Source: a bacterium (GTDB taxonomy: Bacteria > Patescibacteriota > Patescibacteriia > SG8-24). From it: DNA of 64,000 nucleotides. Made by a program: the position numbers and the translations under genes. The notes under the pieces are model-generated. The model made no database searches. It saw nothing but the letters and a program-made list of their open reading frames with translations, and was not told the DNA's origin. The stretch is from the NCBI GenBank assembly GCA_023246195.1, contig JAHFIW010000001.1, positions 974-64,973 of the forward strand, in the 5' to 3' direction. The first letter of the stretch is position 1, and every line of letters begins with the position of its first letter. Shown here piece after piece: positions 9,921 through 21,515 of this stretch.

Positions 9921-10547
9921 TCAACGCTTTCTCATCTCGTCGCTTTTCACGAAGGCCAATGCCAGAATCGGCGCCACGATCCAGAAAAATCTTCCGTTGT
10001 CCGAGGCGAACGCCTGCCGAGTCATCGGCGCCAGATGCGAGATCGACTCTGCGGGAAGGAAAGACAAGATGATGCTCACCAGCAAGCCGACGTGGAAACT
10101 GGAGAACAGCAGCACCTGCCACCACTTGCCAGCGGCGATGCCGCCGAAAGTCTTCGAAAGGGCCGAGCGCGACAGCAGGAAGAACAGCAGCACGAACGTC
10201 GCTAAAAAAGTAAGCGCCTTGAACGCAAAGAAGTTTCCGGTGTTGGCGGTCTTGTCCAAGGTATTGATGTACGGCGCATTGGTGACCACGGCCAGCGCCA
10301 TATAAATGCCGACGAGGATGACGATGACGCGCTCGCGCCCCATCGAGACGCCGTACAGGAACACGGTCACCATGAAGAACAGCACGATGAACAAGTCCCA
10401 GCTGGGCGACGACCAATTGACGTGTGCCAAGTAGGAAGAAGCGTCCTGACCGAGCCGAACCGCGCCCGCCGCGAACGGAGCGTTCACGTTGGCGTTGCCG
10501 TTCATGCCGCCGTAGCTGGAGCTGATGACGGTTTCGAGAAGAAACAT
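9921..10547 (-). CDS. Polytopic membrane protein (CvpA-like architecture)
   Basis: About 5 hydrophobic helices; promoter TGCTATACT 13 nt upstream of ATG. Confidence 0.7.
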   Translation of the reverse strand: MFLLETVISSSYGGMNGNANVNAPFAAGAVRLGQDASSYLAHVNWSSPSWDLFIVLFFMVTVFLYGVSMGRERVIVILVGIYMALAVVTNAPYINTLDKTANTGNFFAFKALTFLATFVLLFFLLSRSALSKTFGGIAAGKWWQVLLFSSFHVGLLVSIILSFLPAESISHLAPMTRQAFASDNGRFFWIVAPILALAFVKSDEMRKR

Positions 10548-10583
10548 AGGAATGCCGAAAGTATAGCAGCAGCTGCGCGGAAT

Positions 10584-11645
10584 TTAAATATTCCACGATT
10601 CCAGCGCCTTCCTCTGCTCCTTGGTGAGCTTCTTGGGAATCACCACGGTGATGTGCACCAAGTGATCGCCGCGTCCGCTGCGTTTCAGGTGCGGCACGCC
10701 GCGCGCCTTCAACCGAAACACCGCATCCGGCTGCGTGCCGGGCGGAATGGTCAGCTCCACCGGACCGTCGAGCGTCTCGACCGTCTCCGTGCCGCCCAGC
10801 GCCGCGCGGGCGATGCCGATTTCCAACTCGCTGTTCACGTCGAAGCCTTCGCGCACGAAGCGAGGGTCGCGCTTGATGCGCATGGCCAGGTACAGGTCGC
10901 CGGAGCGTCCGCCGTGCGGAGCCGCCTCGCCTTCGCCGCCCACGCGCAGCACTTCGCCCTCGTTGATGCCCGCGGGGATCTTCACGCTGAAGCTGCGCTC
11001 ACCCTTGGTGACGCCTTCGCCGTGGCACTTTTTGCAGGGCTTCTCGGGAACCGTGCCCGCGCCCTCACAACGAGGACAGACCGCCGCCGTGGCAAAGCTG
11101 CCCAAGATGGTCTGCTGAATCCTGCGAACCTGTCCCGTCCCCGAGCACTGCATGCAATCGATGCGCTTTGAGCCCTTCTCCGCGCCGTTGCCGCCGCAGT
11201 CGTCGCAGGTGATGTGCCGGTGCACGCGCACGTCCTTGTCCGCGCCGAAGGCCGCCTCGGAAAAACCGAGATGCATGTCCATCTGGATGTTGCTCCCCGA
11301 CTCCGGCCCGCGTCGGCCGCGTCCCCCGCCGCCCCCGAACATCTCGCCGAAGATGTCGCCAAAATCCATGTTGACGCCGCCCTGTCCGAATCCGCCAAAG
11401 CCTTGGCCGCCGCCGAACCCGCCTTGGTTCATCTGCTCGAACTGCGGCCCGTACTGGTCGTACTTGCCGCGCTTGTCGGCGTCACCGAGCACCTGATAGG
11501 CGTTGTTGATCTCCTTGAACTTCTCCGCGTCGCCCGTCGGCTTGTCCGGATGATACTGGTGAGCGAGTTTGCGAAAAGCCTTCTTGATGTCGTCATCAGA
11601 AGCGCCCTTTTGCACGCCGAGGATTTCGTAGTAGTCGCGGGCCAT
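10584..11645 (-). CDS. dnaJ: Molecular chaperone DnaJ
   Basis: J-domain HPD, G/F region, four CxxCxGxG repeats. Confidence 0.98.
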   Translation of the reverse strand: MARDYYEILGVQKGASDDDIKKAFRKLAHQYHPDKPTGDAEKFKEINNAYQVLGDADKRGKYDQYGPQFEQMNQGGFGGGQGFGGFGQGGVNMDFGDIFGEMFGGGGGRGRRGPESGSNIQMDMHLGFSEAAFGADKDVRVHRHITCDDCGGNGAEKGSKRIDCMQCSGTGQVRRIQQTILGSFATAAVCPRCEGAGTVPEKPCKKCHGEGVTKGERSFSVKIPAGINEGEVLRVGGEGEAAPHGGRSGDLYLAMRIKRDPRFVREGFDVNSELEIGIARAALGGTETVETLDGPVELTIPPGTQPDAVFRLKARGVPHLKRSGRGDHLVHITVVIPKKLTKEQRKALESWNI

Positions 11646-11666
11646 TGGGAAGTCAGTGAGTTTCGT

Positions 11667-11766
11667 AATGCGGGGCGGCGAGCGGCAGTCATCGCCTAAA
11701 AATCCTCGCCTCGTACCTTAACGTCTGCGGTTTTTAGTCGACGCCTGCCGCTCGCCCGTCGGCATT
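11667..11766. repeat. ~100 bp imperfect palindrome (REP-like or RNA stem) between DUF3467 and dnaJ
   Basis: GGCGAGCGGCAG...CTGCCGCTCGCC outer arms; TCGCCTAAAAATC/GGTTTTTAGTCGA inner arms. Confidence 0.6.
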
Positions 11767-11772
11767 GCGGCC

Positions 11773-12069
11773 TTACTTCGTGGGAAATCCGATTTCGTTC
11801 GGCGCCGAAGACGCCTCGACCGGTCCGTACTGTGCCTCGTAATTCTTCACGACGCCGTCGAGCACCGCCGCGAGCCGCTTGGCGTGCCCCGGAGAAAGAA
11901 TGACGCGAGCATTGAGCGTGGCCATCGGCGGAAACTGGTTCATGAAGTCGATGACGAACTCCTCCTTTTGGAACTGGACTTGCGCGGCGTTAGAGTAGAC
12001 GCCTTGGAGGGTTTTGTCGTCGTATTTTACTTGGAGCTGCTGCTGATTCTGCGATTGGTTTGGCTGCAT
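11773..12069 (-). CDS. DUF3467 family protein
   Basis: 'GVYSNAAQV...EEFVIDF...ARVILSPGHAKRL'. Confidence 0.88.
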   Translation of the reverse strand: MQPNQSQNQQQLQVKYDDKTLQGVYSNAAQVQFQKEEFVIDFMNQFPPMATLNARVILSPGHAKRLAAVLDGVVKNYEAQYGPVEASSAPNEIGFPTK

Positions 12070-12102
12070 ACGAGTTTGCTAAACGATAGTAGAATTTTTG
12101 CA

Positions 12103-12432
12103 CTATTTTTGTAGCCAGTTTCTGATGTCAGCCGCTGACAGCTTAACCGTAGATGTGCTCTTCCATTCACTTTCAGGCTTCGATGACGCGTAATCAATAG
12201 CGCAATTCAACGCCAAATCTTTATTACTGCTCAAAGAATCTTCAAAAGCTTCGAAAGTAATTTCTACTCCAATATATTTATTACCTGGTTTTTCCAGCAA
12301 CCAATATAAACCGTTTCGTTCCGTCTTTTCCGGTCCATTCGCCACACTAATGTCATTCAATGCATTTTTCATAGCAAGAAATGGTTCCCCCATCACTCCT
12401 GAAGACTAATTTTTTAAACCACTTTCATTCAT
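12103..12432 (-). pseudogene. Low-GC ORF or remnant inserted in the dnaK operon
   Basis: AT-rich. ATG at 12432 reads MNESGLKN-TAG-SSGVMGEPFLAMK... in frame with the 97-aa ORF 12103-12396. Confidence 0.45.
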
Positions 12433-12502
12433 ACATCCATGATAAAGAACGAGGCAGGAACAAAAAGATGAACCTGAGGGCGAGTTACAAAATTCGGCCC
12501 AT

Positions 12503-14431
<1,929 letters not shown>

Positions 14432-14463
14432 ATAATTCAAGTAGGAAAATGCAGTAAGGATTT

Positions 14464-15027
14464 TTATTCAGCGACGACGACCTTCGCGGGTCGAATGACT
14501 TTTTCGTAAAGCGCGTATCCGGGTTCCAGGACGGAAATGACGGTCCCGGCAGCGACGCCTTCGGGTGCAGGCTTCATCATCATGGCCTCGTGCATGCTCG
14601 GGTCAAAGTGCACGCCGTCCTTGTCGATGGGGGTGACGCCGGCGTTGGCGAGAACTCCGTCGAGCTGGCTGCGGATCAGCGTCACGCCGTCCGCCCACTG
14701 CTTGATGCGCGTTTCGTCGAGCGGCTCCCCTTCCTTTAAGGGACGTTGTTCGACGGCCTTGCGGAAGCTGTCGACGACGGGCAGGAGCTTGCTCAGGAAA
14801 CCTCCTATGGCGTACTTGGACAGTTCGGAAGTGGTGCGTTCCATTTCCCTCTTCAGATTCGCGTAGTCTGCGGTGGCTCGCATCCAGCCAGCCATGTTTT
14901 CGTCGGCCTTGGCTTTGGCGGCAGCGAGCTCATCGATCTGCACCGGTTCCGCCGGCGCGGCCTGGTCGATATCTTCCGCTTCGTCATTCAGCGGCGTGTT
15001 GTTGGTGTGCAAGTCGTCCATAATCAT
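14464..15027 (-). CDS. grpE: Nucleotide exchange factor GrpE
   Basis: 'RATADYANL', 'LLPVVDSF', 'FDPSMHEAM', '[14 protein letters not shown]'. Confidence 0.95.
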   Translation of the reverse strand: MIMDDLHTNNTPLNDEAEDIDQAAPAEPVQIDELAAAKAKADENMAGWMRATADYANLKREMERTTSELSKYAIGGFLSKLLPVVDSFRKAVEQRPLKEGEPLDETRIKQWADGVTLIRSQLDGVLANAGVTPIDKDGVHFDPSMHEAMMMKPAPEGVAAGTVISVLEPGYALYEKVIRPAKVVVAE

Positions 15028-15038
15028 TCAAGAAAAAA

Positions 15039-15761
15039 TTACGTCCCTCCGAGTTTGCGGAACCGTTCGCGAACGTAGCGCATCAGCGCGACGTTGGCAT
15101 CGTAGTCCATGCGCGTCGGGCCCAGGATGCCGAAGACGCCTTCGCCCAGGTTCGGCACTTTGATGGCGGTGAGGACGGTGGAAAGGTCTTGGCCGAAGGG
15201 ATTGTCTTGGCCGATGAAGATCTCGATTTCGCCGGTCGGCTTCTTTTCGACTTCGCCGATGATCAGTTCAAGGTCGTCGACCACGCGCGATGCCGCGGCC
15301 ATCATCGATGAGCCGGTGAACTCCGGCTTGCTGACCAAATTGGTCATGCCGGTGAGGAAACTTTCGTCGCCGAAGTGCACGAACACCGTTTCTCCGGAAA
15401 GCTGCGCCACCGATTTGGCGAAACTGCGGAGCGAGTGCGCTGCCTCGTGACGCATCACCACCATGGTCTGCTCGTCGAGCTGCACCCGCGAATTGGCCGC
15501 GAGCTCCGGCGTGCCGACGAACTCATCGACGTAGTAACGATAGCCCTGTTCCGTGGGAACGCGTCCGGCCGAAGTGTGCGGCTGCTCGATGTATCCCTTG
15601 GACTCCAGCTCGGCCATGTCGTTGCGAATGGTCGCTGACGACACGCCCAAGTCATGCCGAGCCACGATGGCCGCCGACCCGATGGGTTCCGCAGAACGCA
15701 AATATTCCCGCACAATAATGCGAAATATGCTCTTTTGCCGTTCCTCGGGCGTGTTCATCAT
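15039..15761 (-). CDS. hrcA: Heat-inducible transcription repressor HrcA (short form)
   Basis: 'SSATIRNDMAELE...QPHTSAGRVPT', 'GPTRMDY'. Confidence 0.95.
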   Translation of the reverse strand: MMNTPEERQKSIFRIIVREYLRSAEPIGSAAIVARHDLGVSSATIRNDMAELESKGYIEQPHTSAGRVPTEQGYRYYVDEFVGTPELAANSRVQLDEQTMVVMRHEAAHSLRSFAKSVAQLSGETVFVHFGDESFLTGMTNLVSKPEFTGSSMMAAASRVVDDLELIIGEVEKKPTGEIEIFIGQDNPFGQDLSTVLTAIKVPNLGEGVFGILGPTRMDYDANVALMRYVRERFRKLGGT

Positions 15762-15777
15762 AGGCGTAAAGCCAATG

Positions 15778-15804
15778 TTAGCACTCTCTGTATCCGAGTG
15801 CTAG
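15778..15804. promoter_or_regulatory. CIRCE operator
   Basis: TTAGCACTC-N9-GAGTGCTAG, 1 mismatch to consensus, upstream of hrcA. Confidence 0.95.
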
Positions 15805-15830
15805 TATAGAACTCCGGCGAAGGGTGTCAA
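15803..15830 (-). promoter_or_regulatory. sigma70 promoter of the hrcA-grpE-dnaK operon
   Basis: TTGACA-16-TATACT; the -10 overlaps CIRCE. Confidence 0.8.
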
Positions 15831-15868
15831 GGGATTTTTGATGGTGCCTGGCACCTCGGCCAACCGAC

Positions 15869-15894
15869 AAAAAAACCGACCGGGATGGTCGGTT
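15869..15894 (-). terminator. Terminator of the Maf cassette
   Basis: AACCGACC-atccc-GGTCGGTTTTTTTT on the minus strand. Confidence 0.75.
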
Positions 15895-15899
15895 GAACG

Positions 15900-16364
15900 T
15901 TAGGCGGTCCAGTCGTAGAAACTGGCCCACCGCTTGATGGTGACGGCGTCCGGGTACAGGATGCCGTGGCAGACTTTTCCCAGGATCGGCAGCTGCGGCT
16001 CCTCGTTGACGCAGGTGATGACGAAGCGGACGATCGGCGCCGACATGGTCATGTACTCGGCGATGCCCCGGATGACGTTGTCACCGGGAATGACCAGCCT
16101 CCGCGGCGTGAAGGTTTTCGAACGGATCATCGCGGACGCCAGGCAGTCGCTGTATCCGATGACCGCCTTATGGGCCGCCAGTAGCAGGTTGGACTGCTTC
16201 AGGGCCGCCGCGGCCAGCGGATCGACCTCGGGAGAATACGGAATCCCGATGCAGCCCTCGCAACTGACGAAGAACGGAATCAGCTTGTCGCGTCCGATAG
16301 CCTCGGCAATCTTGCCCTGTTCGGCGCGAACAGGCGCAAACCAATCGTGTTGAGCGTCCATCAC
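15900..16364 (-). CDS. Hypothetical protein coupled to Maf
   Basis: Start overlaps the Maf stop; AAGGAG upstream; no recognisable motif. Confidence 0.6.
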   Translation of the reverse strand: MMDAQHDWFAPVRAEQGKIAEAIGRDKLIPFFVSCEGCIGIPYSPEVDPLAAAALKQSNLLLAAHKAVIGYSDCLASAMIRSKTFTPRRLVIPGDNVIRGIAEYMTMSAPIVRFVITCVNEEPQLPILGKVCHGILYPDAVTIKRWASFYDWTA

Positions 16365-17035
16365 GACACCTTTTCTCCTTTCCAGCCCAAGTGGCCGAGA
16401 AGCGTCTTGGTGAGGTTGAGCGGCAAACCGCTGACACTGCTCATGACGTCCTTGCGGTCGCGCCGACGATGACCGGTGATGACCGACTCGCCGTTGGCGC
16501 CGTTCAGGTTCTGCCGGTAGCAGACGACGTAGGGCGCGATCAGCGGATCCTCGTGGACGACGGCGCCGCAGGACTTGAGGACGTCACCGGCGGCAATCAG
16601 CGCCTCGATGACCGTCTCGGGATATTCGCGGAACTCGACGGTAACGGTGTCGTGCCCGTGAACGTGGATGCGGTCGGCGGCGTCGGCGACCACCACGGCG
16701 GTGACCACGTGAACGCAGTCGTCGCGATACTGCCGCAGCCACTCGCGGGCCTGACCGCGACCGGACGGCTTTTCGCGGATGTCTCCGTGATAGACGGTGA
16801 CCTGATCGGCGGCGATGACCAGCGCCTCGCCCTTGACCATGGCCGAGACCGCCTTGGCCTTGGCCTGGGCGATGGCGTAGGTGAGCATGTAGGGGTTGTC
16901 GTGGCGGATGCTCTTCTCGTCGACTTCCGGCGAGAGCACCTTGAAGGGAATGCCGGCGTCGCGCAGGATTTCCGCGCGCCACTTCGACGAACTGCCGAGG
17001 ATGATCGGTTTATGCGATGTCTTCAAAGGACTCAT
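16361..17035 (-). CDS. maf: Maf-family nucleoside triphosphate pyrophosphatase
   Basis: 'ILGSSS..R', 'AKA', 'ADQV...REKP', 'SVSGLP'; GAGGTG SD; TTGACA-17-TACGGT promoter. Confidence 0.88.
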   Translation of the reverse strand: MSPLKTSHKPIILGSSSKWRAEILRDAGIPFKVLSPEVDEKSIRHDNPYMLTYAIAQAKAKAVSAMVKGEALVIAADQVTVYHGDIREKPSGRGQAREWLRQYRDDCVHVVTAVVVADAADRIHVHGHDTVTVEFREYPETVIEALIAAGDVLKSCGAVVHEDPLIAPYVVCYRQNLNGANGESVITGHRRRDRKDVMSSVSGLPLNLTKTLLGHLGWKGEKVS

Positions 17036-17133
17036 GTTGCACCTCGTCGGCCCTGATGCCGACGCAAAACCGTACGGCATGCATGCGCGTTTGTCAATCC
17101 AAACAAAAAAGGGTCCGATCGGACCCTGAAGCC

Positions 17134-17493
17134 TCAGATTTCCTCGACTCGATATTCGCCGAGTCCGTTCTTGAGGACGCGGATGCGCCGGCCCTGCGGG
17201 AAGGGCATGTCGAGCCTTCCGTCCACGACGCAGGCGCGGCCGTCGGCGAAGTGCACGGCCGTCGTCTTCATTTCGCGGGTCACGAGGCGCCGAGCCATCC
17301 CCGAACCCGTCCTGACCGTATAGTCGTAGCAGCCGTAGATGACGTAGTCGAACGTGCCCGCCATCACCGACTTCCAGGCGGCGCGGAGACGGCCATGTTC
17401 CTTTTCGTTAAGATAGACCAAGAGCAGCCCTGCTCCCGCGATTAAGAAGAGGACGATGCCCACCTCGAGCGTTTCAACGGTCTGATCCGACAT
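17134..17493 (-). CDS. Small single-TM hypothetical protein (stand-alone unit)
   Basis: TTGACG-17-TATTCT promoter, AAGGAAGG SD, terminator 17105-17126. Confidence 0.65.
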   Translation of the reverse strand: MSDQTVETLEVGIVLFLIAGAGLLLVYLNEKEHGRLRAAWKSVMAGTFDYVIYGCYDYTVRTGSGMARRLVTREMKTTAVHFADGRACVVDGRLDMPFPQGRRIRVLKNGLGEYRVEEI

Positions 17494-17568
17494 CGCATGC
17501 CTTCCTTTCCTGCACGACTGCGTCGAGAATACGCCGGCCGTAACCCCACGTCAATCCTTTCCCCAATC

Positions 17569-17597
17569 AAAAACGCCCCGGCGAACCGGGGCGTTTT
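17569..17597. terminator. Intrinsic terminator after the SPFH gene
   Basis: AAAACGCCCCGG-cgaa-CCGGGGCGTTTT. Confidence 0.8.
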
Positions 17598-17607
17598 CTC
17601 CTTGCGA

Positions 17608-18207
17608 TTATTCCTTTGTGCCGTTGTCCTCATCGTCGCCGTTGCTGACATGCTTGATGTCGGAGAGAAGGACGTTCTCCACGAAGATGCCGCGCGGGTA
17701 GAAGATGCGTTCAAGCTCGTTCTTGGTCTCGACCTCGACCTTGTCGCGGTGAGTGGAGCTGATGTCCTGATTGTTGTAGCGCGAGGCGATCATGCGCATG
17801 CGGCTGCGGATGGTGGGACGCACGATCTTGGAGACGAAGTCCTCGCCGACGTTCTGCCAGATGGTCGGCACCTGGTTGATATCGAGACGGAGCAGCACCG
17901 TGCCCTCGATGGAAATGCGCTTGCCGTCCACCGTCTGCGCGGTGATGGGCGTGTCGCCCAACGCCTGGGCGTGTTCGGGATTGAAGCGCTTGCTGATGGA
18001 GTATTCGAGCGTCTGGGTATTGAACAGCTTTGCCTTCTGCCAGAACGGAATCTTGAGATGCAGACCGGGCGTAAGCACCTTTTTGAGCACTCCGCGGCCC
18101 AAATCGTAGACGCAGGCCACATAGCCCGGCGGAACGTAAATGAAGAGTCCTTTTAGGACGTCTTCGACCACGAACGAATACATCATTTTATCGAGGCTGT
18201 CGCTCAT
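17608..18207 (-). CDS. SPFH/prohibitin (band 7) domain protein
   Basis: 'PGLHLKIPFWQ', 'IVRPTIRS..R', 'VENVLLSDI'. Confidence 0.88.
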   Translation of the reverse strand: MSDSLDKMMYSFVVEDVLKGLFIYVPPGYVACVYDLGRGVLKKVLTPGLHLKIPFWQKAKLFNTQTLEYSISKRFNPEHAQALGDTPITAQTVDGKRISIEGTVLLRLDINQVPTIWQNVGEDFVSKIVRPTIRSRMRMIASRYNNQDISSTHRDKVEVETKNELERIFYPRGIFVENVLLSDIKHVSNGDDEDNGTKE

Positions 18208-18323
18208 AGCTAAAAAGGGAAAAACGCGTGAGGTGGCTAAGGTTAGCCACATTTTGTCTCCACGCACTCACTCCACTATAGCACAAATAGCCTTAAAAGG
18301 CAACGCCCGCACCTTCGAATCCC

Positions 18324-19025
18324 CTACTTCGTATCGACTACTGCCGGCACGCGGAAAAAGATGCGGCGCACCCCGGCCACGAAGATGGTGAAGAACATCG
18401 AAGTCAAGATGAACAGCGATTTGACCATCGGCAGGAGCAGCAGGATCACGATGGAGAAAATCGGGAAGAGGAACAGGTACATCACGTCGGGACGGGTGAT
18501 GAGGTGCTCGCGACGCTTCTGTTCGGTATAGATTTCGAGAAAAAGGACGATGCCGACGGCAGCAGCCCAACCGAGACTCTTCTGCGCCACGTCATAACCG
18601 AAAAAAATCGTATTGACTCTGGAGGGAGCCTGTACCCACGAATAGAGCAGCTCTTGCGGAGTGAACCTGATGCCGCCGATAAACACCTGATACAGCAGGA
18701 TGAGCACCAACAGCTGGACGCCCATCACGAAGACCTTGGACCAGTAGCTGACCTTATGCTGCTTGAGCAAGTCGCGAATCTTCTCTGAACGCTTGACGTG
18801 GTCGGCCTTGAAGTCGCGCTCGATCGCCTCGAATTTCTTGTTGAGCTTTTCGTAGCGAAAGCGGTTGCGTTCGTCGAGGATGGTGAACGGCAACAACACC
18901 ACGCGCAGCAAGATGGTCAGCATGATCACGGCCACGCCGAGGTTTTCGGCGGCGGGACCGGAATACAGAAAAATCAGGACGTTGAGCAGCGGCGTGTACA
19001 GGAAATCATGCCAAAAGGAATGCAT
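18324..19025 (-). CDS. yidC: YidC/Oxa1 membrane insertase (short form)
   Basis: 'YTPLLNVL', 'LGVAVIMLTILLRVVLLP', 'VQLLVLILLYQVF'. Confidence 0.8.
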   Translation of the reverse strand: MHSFWHDFLYTPLLNVLIFLYSGPAAENLGVAVIMLTILLRVVLLPFTILDERNRFRYEKLNKKFEAIERDFKADHVKRSEKIRDLLKQHKVSYWSKVFVMGVQLLVLILLYQVFIGGIRFTPQELLYSWVQAPSRVNTIFFGYDVAQKSLGWAAAVGIVLFLEIYTEQKRREHLITRPDVMYLFLFPIFSIVILLLLPMVKSLFILTSMFFTIFVAGVRRIFFRVPAVVDTK

Positions 19026-19034
19026 ACGAGGAGA

Positions 19035-19694
19035 TTACGGCAATTTTTCTTTTTCGGCGGCAATGACGAAGCCGTCGGAGAAGCCGTCACGATGGTCGGC
19101 GCCATGCATGTCATGCTTGATAAGCAGCAACATGCCCGCGCCCACGAACGAAAAGGCCGAAGTTAAAAGGAAGATGACGCCAAAACCGAAACGTTCGGCC
19201 AGCACGCCGCCTACCGTTGCGGTGACCGCGAACCCCAACCCGACGGCATTGGAATGCAGCATCCATTCCCAGCTCTCGCGGTGCCGATCGATGTGCCTGG
19301 TATAGATGGCCAGCCAGGTGGGAATAATCATGGCGTAGCCGATGCCGTTAAGCGTCTCGGCGGCGAACATCTCCCAGACCTCGTGGACAAAGAAATAATA
19401 GATCAGCGGCACCACGCTGACGATGAACGTGCCGATCACCATCAGCTTAAAGTCATCGTTTTCGCCCTTGACCGAGTCCGCGTATGACGAGATGGGAAAC
19501 TGCAATGCCGATTTGACCACGTAAAACATCGTGGTGACGAAACCGACGGTAGCCAGCGTCGCACCGACGACTTGCCTTGTGACAAAGACCGCGTAAATCG
19601 GGCTGAGGAAGCCCGAAGCGGAAATCACCAGAAAATCCGAATAGATCATGATCATGATCACCCTGTTGACCTTTGGTTGATGCCACCAGGACAT
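19035..19694 (-). CDS. Half-size (6-TM) MFS transporter
   Basis: Six hydrophobic helices, 'GGVLAERFGF'; about 220 aa. Confidence 0.8.
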   Translation of the reverse strand: MSWWHQPKVNRVIMIMIYSDFLVISASGFLSPIYAVFVTRQVVGATLATVGFVTTMFYVVKSALQFPISSYADSVKGENDDFKLMVIGTFIVSVVPLIYYFFVHEVWEMFAAETLNGIGYAMIIPTWLAIYTRHIDRHRESWEWMLHSNAVGLGFAVTATVGGVLAERFGFGVIFLLTSAFSFVGAGMLLLIKHDMHGADHRDGFSDGFVIAAEKEKLP

Positions 19695-19760
19695 AAGCAC
19701 GACGCCTTTACGTCATTGCCACACTATAGCGCGGATGCCGTCATTATGGAAGAAGATTCG

Positions 19761-20054
19761 CTAAGTTCCGGCGACCATTCCCCACTCCCGCATGGAATCC
19801 GCGTCAGGCACCACCAGCAGCCGCTCTTTGGACTCGCGCTTCATTCGGCGAATGGATGCGGCCCGCTTTTCGGCGTCGATCTCGTTCATGTATTCCTCGG
19901 TATACGCCAAAAACACCGGCGTGCGAGCGCGCACCCAGGAGCTGCCTCTCCCCTCATTGATGCCGCGAAGATCACCCTCGACATCAAGAGTGACTCCGGC
20001 ATAGAGCGAACCGTCGCTGCAGCGCATCACGTAGACGAACCAATGCTGGCACAT
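19761..20054 (-). CDS. GIY-YIG nuclease (UPF0213/YhbQ-like)
   Basis: 'WFVYVMRCSDGSLYAGVT', 'RARTPV.LAYTE'. Confidence 0.85.
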   Translation of the reverse strand: MCQHWFVYVMRCSDGSLYAGVTLDVEGDLRGINEGRGSSWVRARTPVFLAYTEEYMNEIDAEKRAASIRRMKRESKERLLVVPDADSMREWGMVAGT

Positions 20055-20164
20055 AAGCTTAATGCGGGCTGTGGAAAAGTCCCGCAGAACGAGTGGCATG
20101 ATAGCACGGTTACGCGCCAACCAAAAAGCCCCCGGCTTCCCGAAGGCTTTTTCCTTGTCGAAGG

Positions 20165-20860
20165 CTAAGAAACCTTTTTATCTTCGCCGAAGGCGCCAAG
20201 CATGTCGTCAATGTCGCTTTCGGTAGCACCGAGTCCTTTCTTTGATTCCTCGGCCTGCGCGGCCTTCATGGCATCCTCCTCGGCCTTGAAGCGCTCACCG
20301 GCCTTGGCGATAAGCACGTTGACCTCAGTGCCCGGGATCTTGTTGTCCACGGCCTTCATGCGCCTATCGAGGGCTGCGTTGAAATCCTCCATGGAAGCGA
20401 ACGTGCCGGAATCGATCATTTCGGCCAATGCCTTGCCCTGTTTCGAGCTGACCTCGCCGGCGTTCTCGAGCGAGCGCGCGAACGAGTCGATTTCGGCAGC
20501 CTGCGCATCGAGGCCGGCCTGCTTGTAGGTGTCATGATACAGGCCGAGTTGCTCCTTGAGCGCGGCACGGGCCTGTTTCTCATCGACGCCGGAGTCCTTG
20601 GCCTGCGCCACGAACTTGTCGACGATGCTGCCGAGCTCGGCAATGTTCTTGCCGGCAAAAGCCTTCTGCACTTCGCCGGCAGCCCTGGAACCGAGATCCT
20701 CGACCTTCTTGGCTTCGGCCGCATGACGTTCCATGCTCTCGACGTCGAGCGGCTTGTCGCCAACGACGGGAGAAGCCTCGACGTCGGCCTTAGCGTCCTT
20801 GTCGATTTCCTCTTGGATCATGCGACCGATGTCAGGTGCTCCTTCGCGCATATGTTTCAT
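20165..20860 (-). CDS. Acidic helical hypothetical protein
   Basis: 231-aa ORF with genome-typical codon usage and its own TTGACA-17-TATGTT promoter. Confidence 0.7.
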   Translation of the reverse strand: MKHMREGAPDIGRMIQEEIDKDAKADVEASPVVGDKPLDVESMERHAAEAKKVEDLGSRAAGEVQKAFAGKNIAELGSIVDKFVAQAKDSGVDEKQARAALKEQLGLYHDTYKQAGLDAQAAEIDSFARSLENAGEVSSKQGKALAEMIDSGTFASMEDFNAALDRRMKAVDNKIPGTEVNVLIAKAGERFKAEEDAMKAAQAEESKKGLGATESDIDDMLGAFGEDKKVS

Positions 20861-20957
20861 TTTGTCATCGGCATTCGCCGGAGGATTTACCGGGAGAAAC
20901 CATGAATGCTCATGGCATTACAACGGTAAACATAGCATAAAATGGCGCTTTTGTCAA

Positions 20958-21440
20958 TCATGCCCATGCCTTCACCGCTTCGATTTCCGAGGTGCAAAAC
21001 GGGCAACGAGAAGCGGCTTTCTTGACGACGGAAAGGCACTTGGGACAATCGCGAGAATCGTTCGGCGGTGGCAGCGGTTTCTCCTTGAGGCGGGCCATGA
21101 CGCGCACCAGCAGGAACACGGCGAAGGCAGTAAGAATGAAATCGAGCGCGACGTTGATGAACGTCCCAAAATTAAGAGTGACCGCGCCTGCGGCCCTGGC
21201 GGCTTCCAAAGTTCCGTAATGTCCGCCGGAAAGCGTCACGAACAAGTTGGCGAAGTTGACCTTGCCGACCAGCAGCGATATCGGTGGCGTGAGCAAATCC
21301 GTCACGAGCGAGGTAATGACGCGCCCGAAAGCCGCACCGATGATGATACCGACGGCCAGGTCGACGGCATTGCCCTTCACGAGGAAATTCTTGAAATCAT
21401 CGACGAACTTGGTGCCGGACTTGAGGTCGATGGCGGACAT
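20958..21440 (-). CDS. mscL: Large-conductance mechanosensitive channel with C-terminal zinc ribbon
   Basis: 'FKNFLVKGNAVDLAVGIIIGAAF'; C-terminal CPKC...CPFC. Confidence 0.95.
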   Translation of the reverse strand: MSAIDLKSGTKFVDDFKNFLVKGNAVDLAVGIIIGAAFGRVITSLVTDLLTPPISLLVGKVNFANLFVTLSGGHYGTLEAARAAGAVTLNFGTFINVALDFILTAFAVFLLVRVMARLKEKPLPPPNDSRDCPKCLSVVKKAASRCPFCTSEIEAVKAWA

Positions 21441-21515
21441 AAGTGGAGATAATTATGATAGGGACATCTTAGCAAGAACGGACTTATAAAAAAACGACAT
21501 CGTAAGACGTCGTCA

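Noticed and set aside
15843-15855. GGTGCCTGGCACC palindrome upstream of the hrcA promoter
   Set aside because: Single 13-bp instance; could be a REP-like remnant but cannot be supported from this window.
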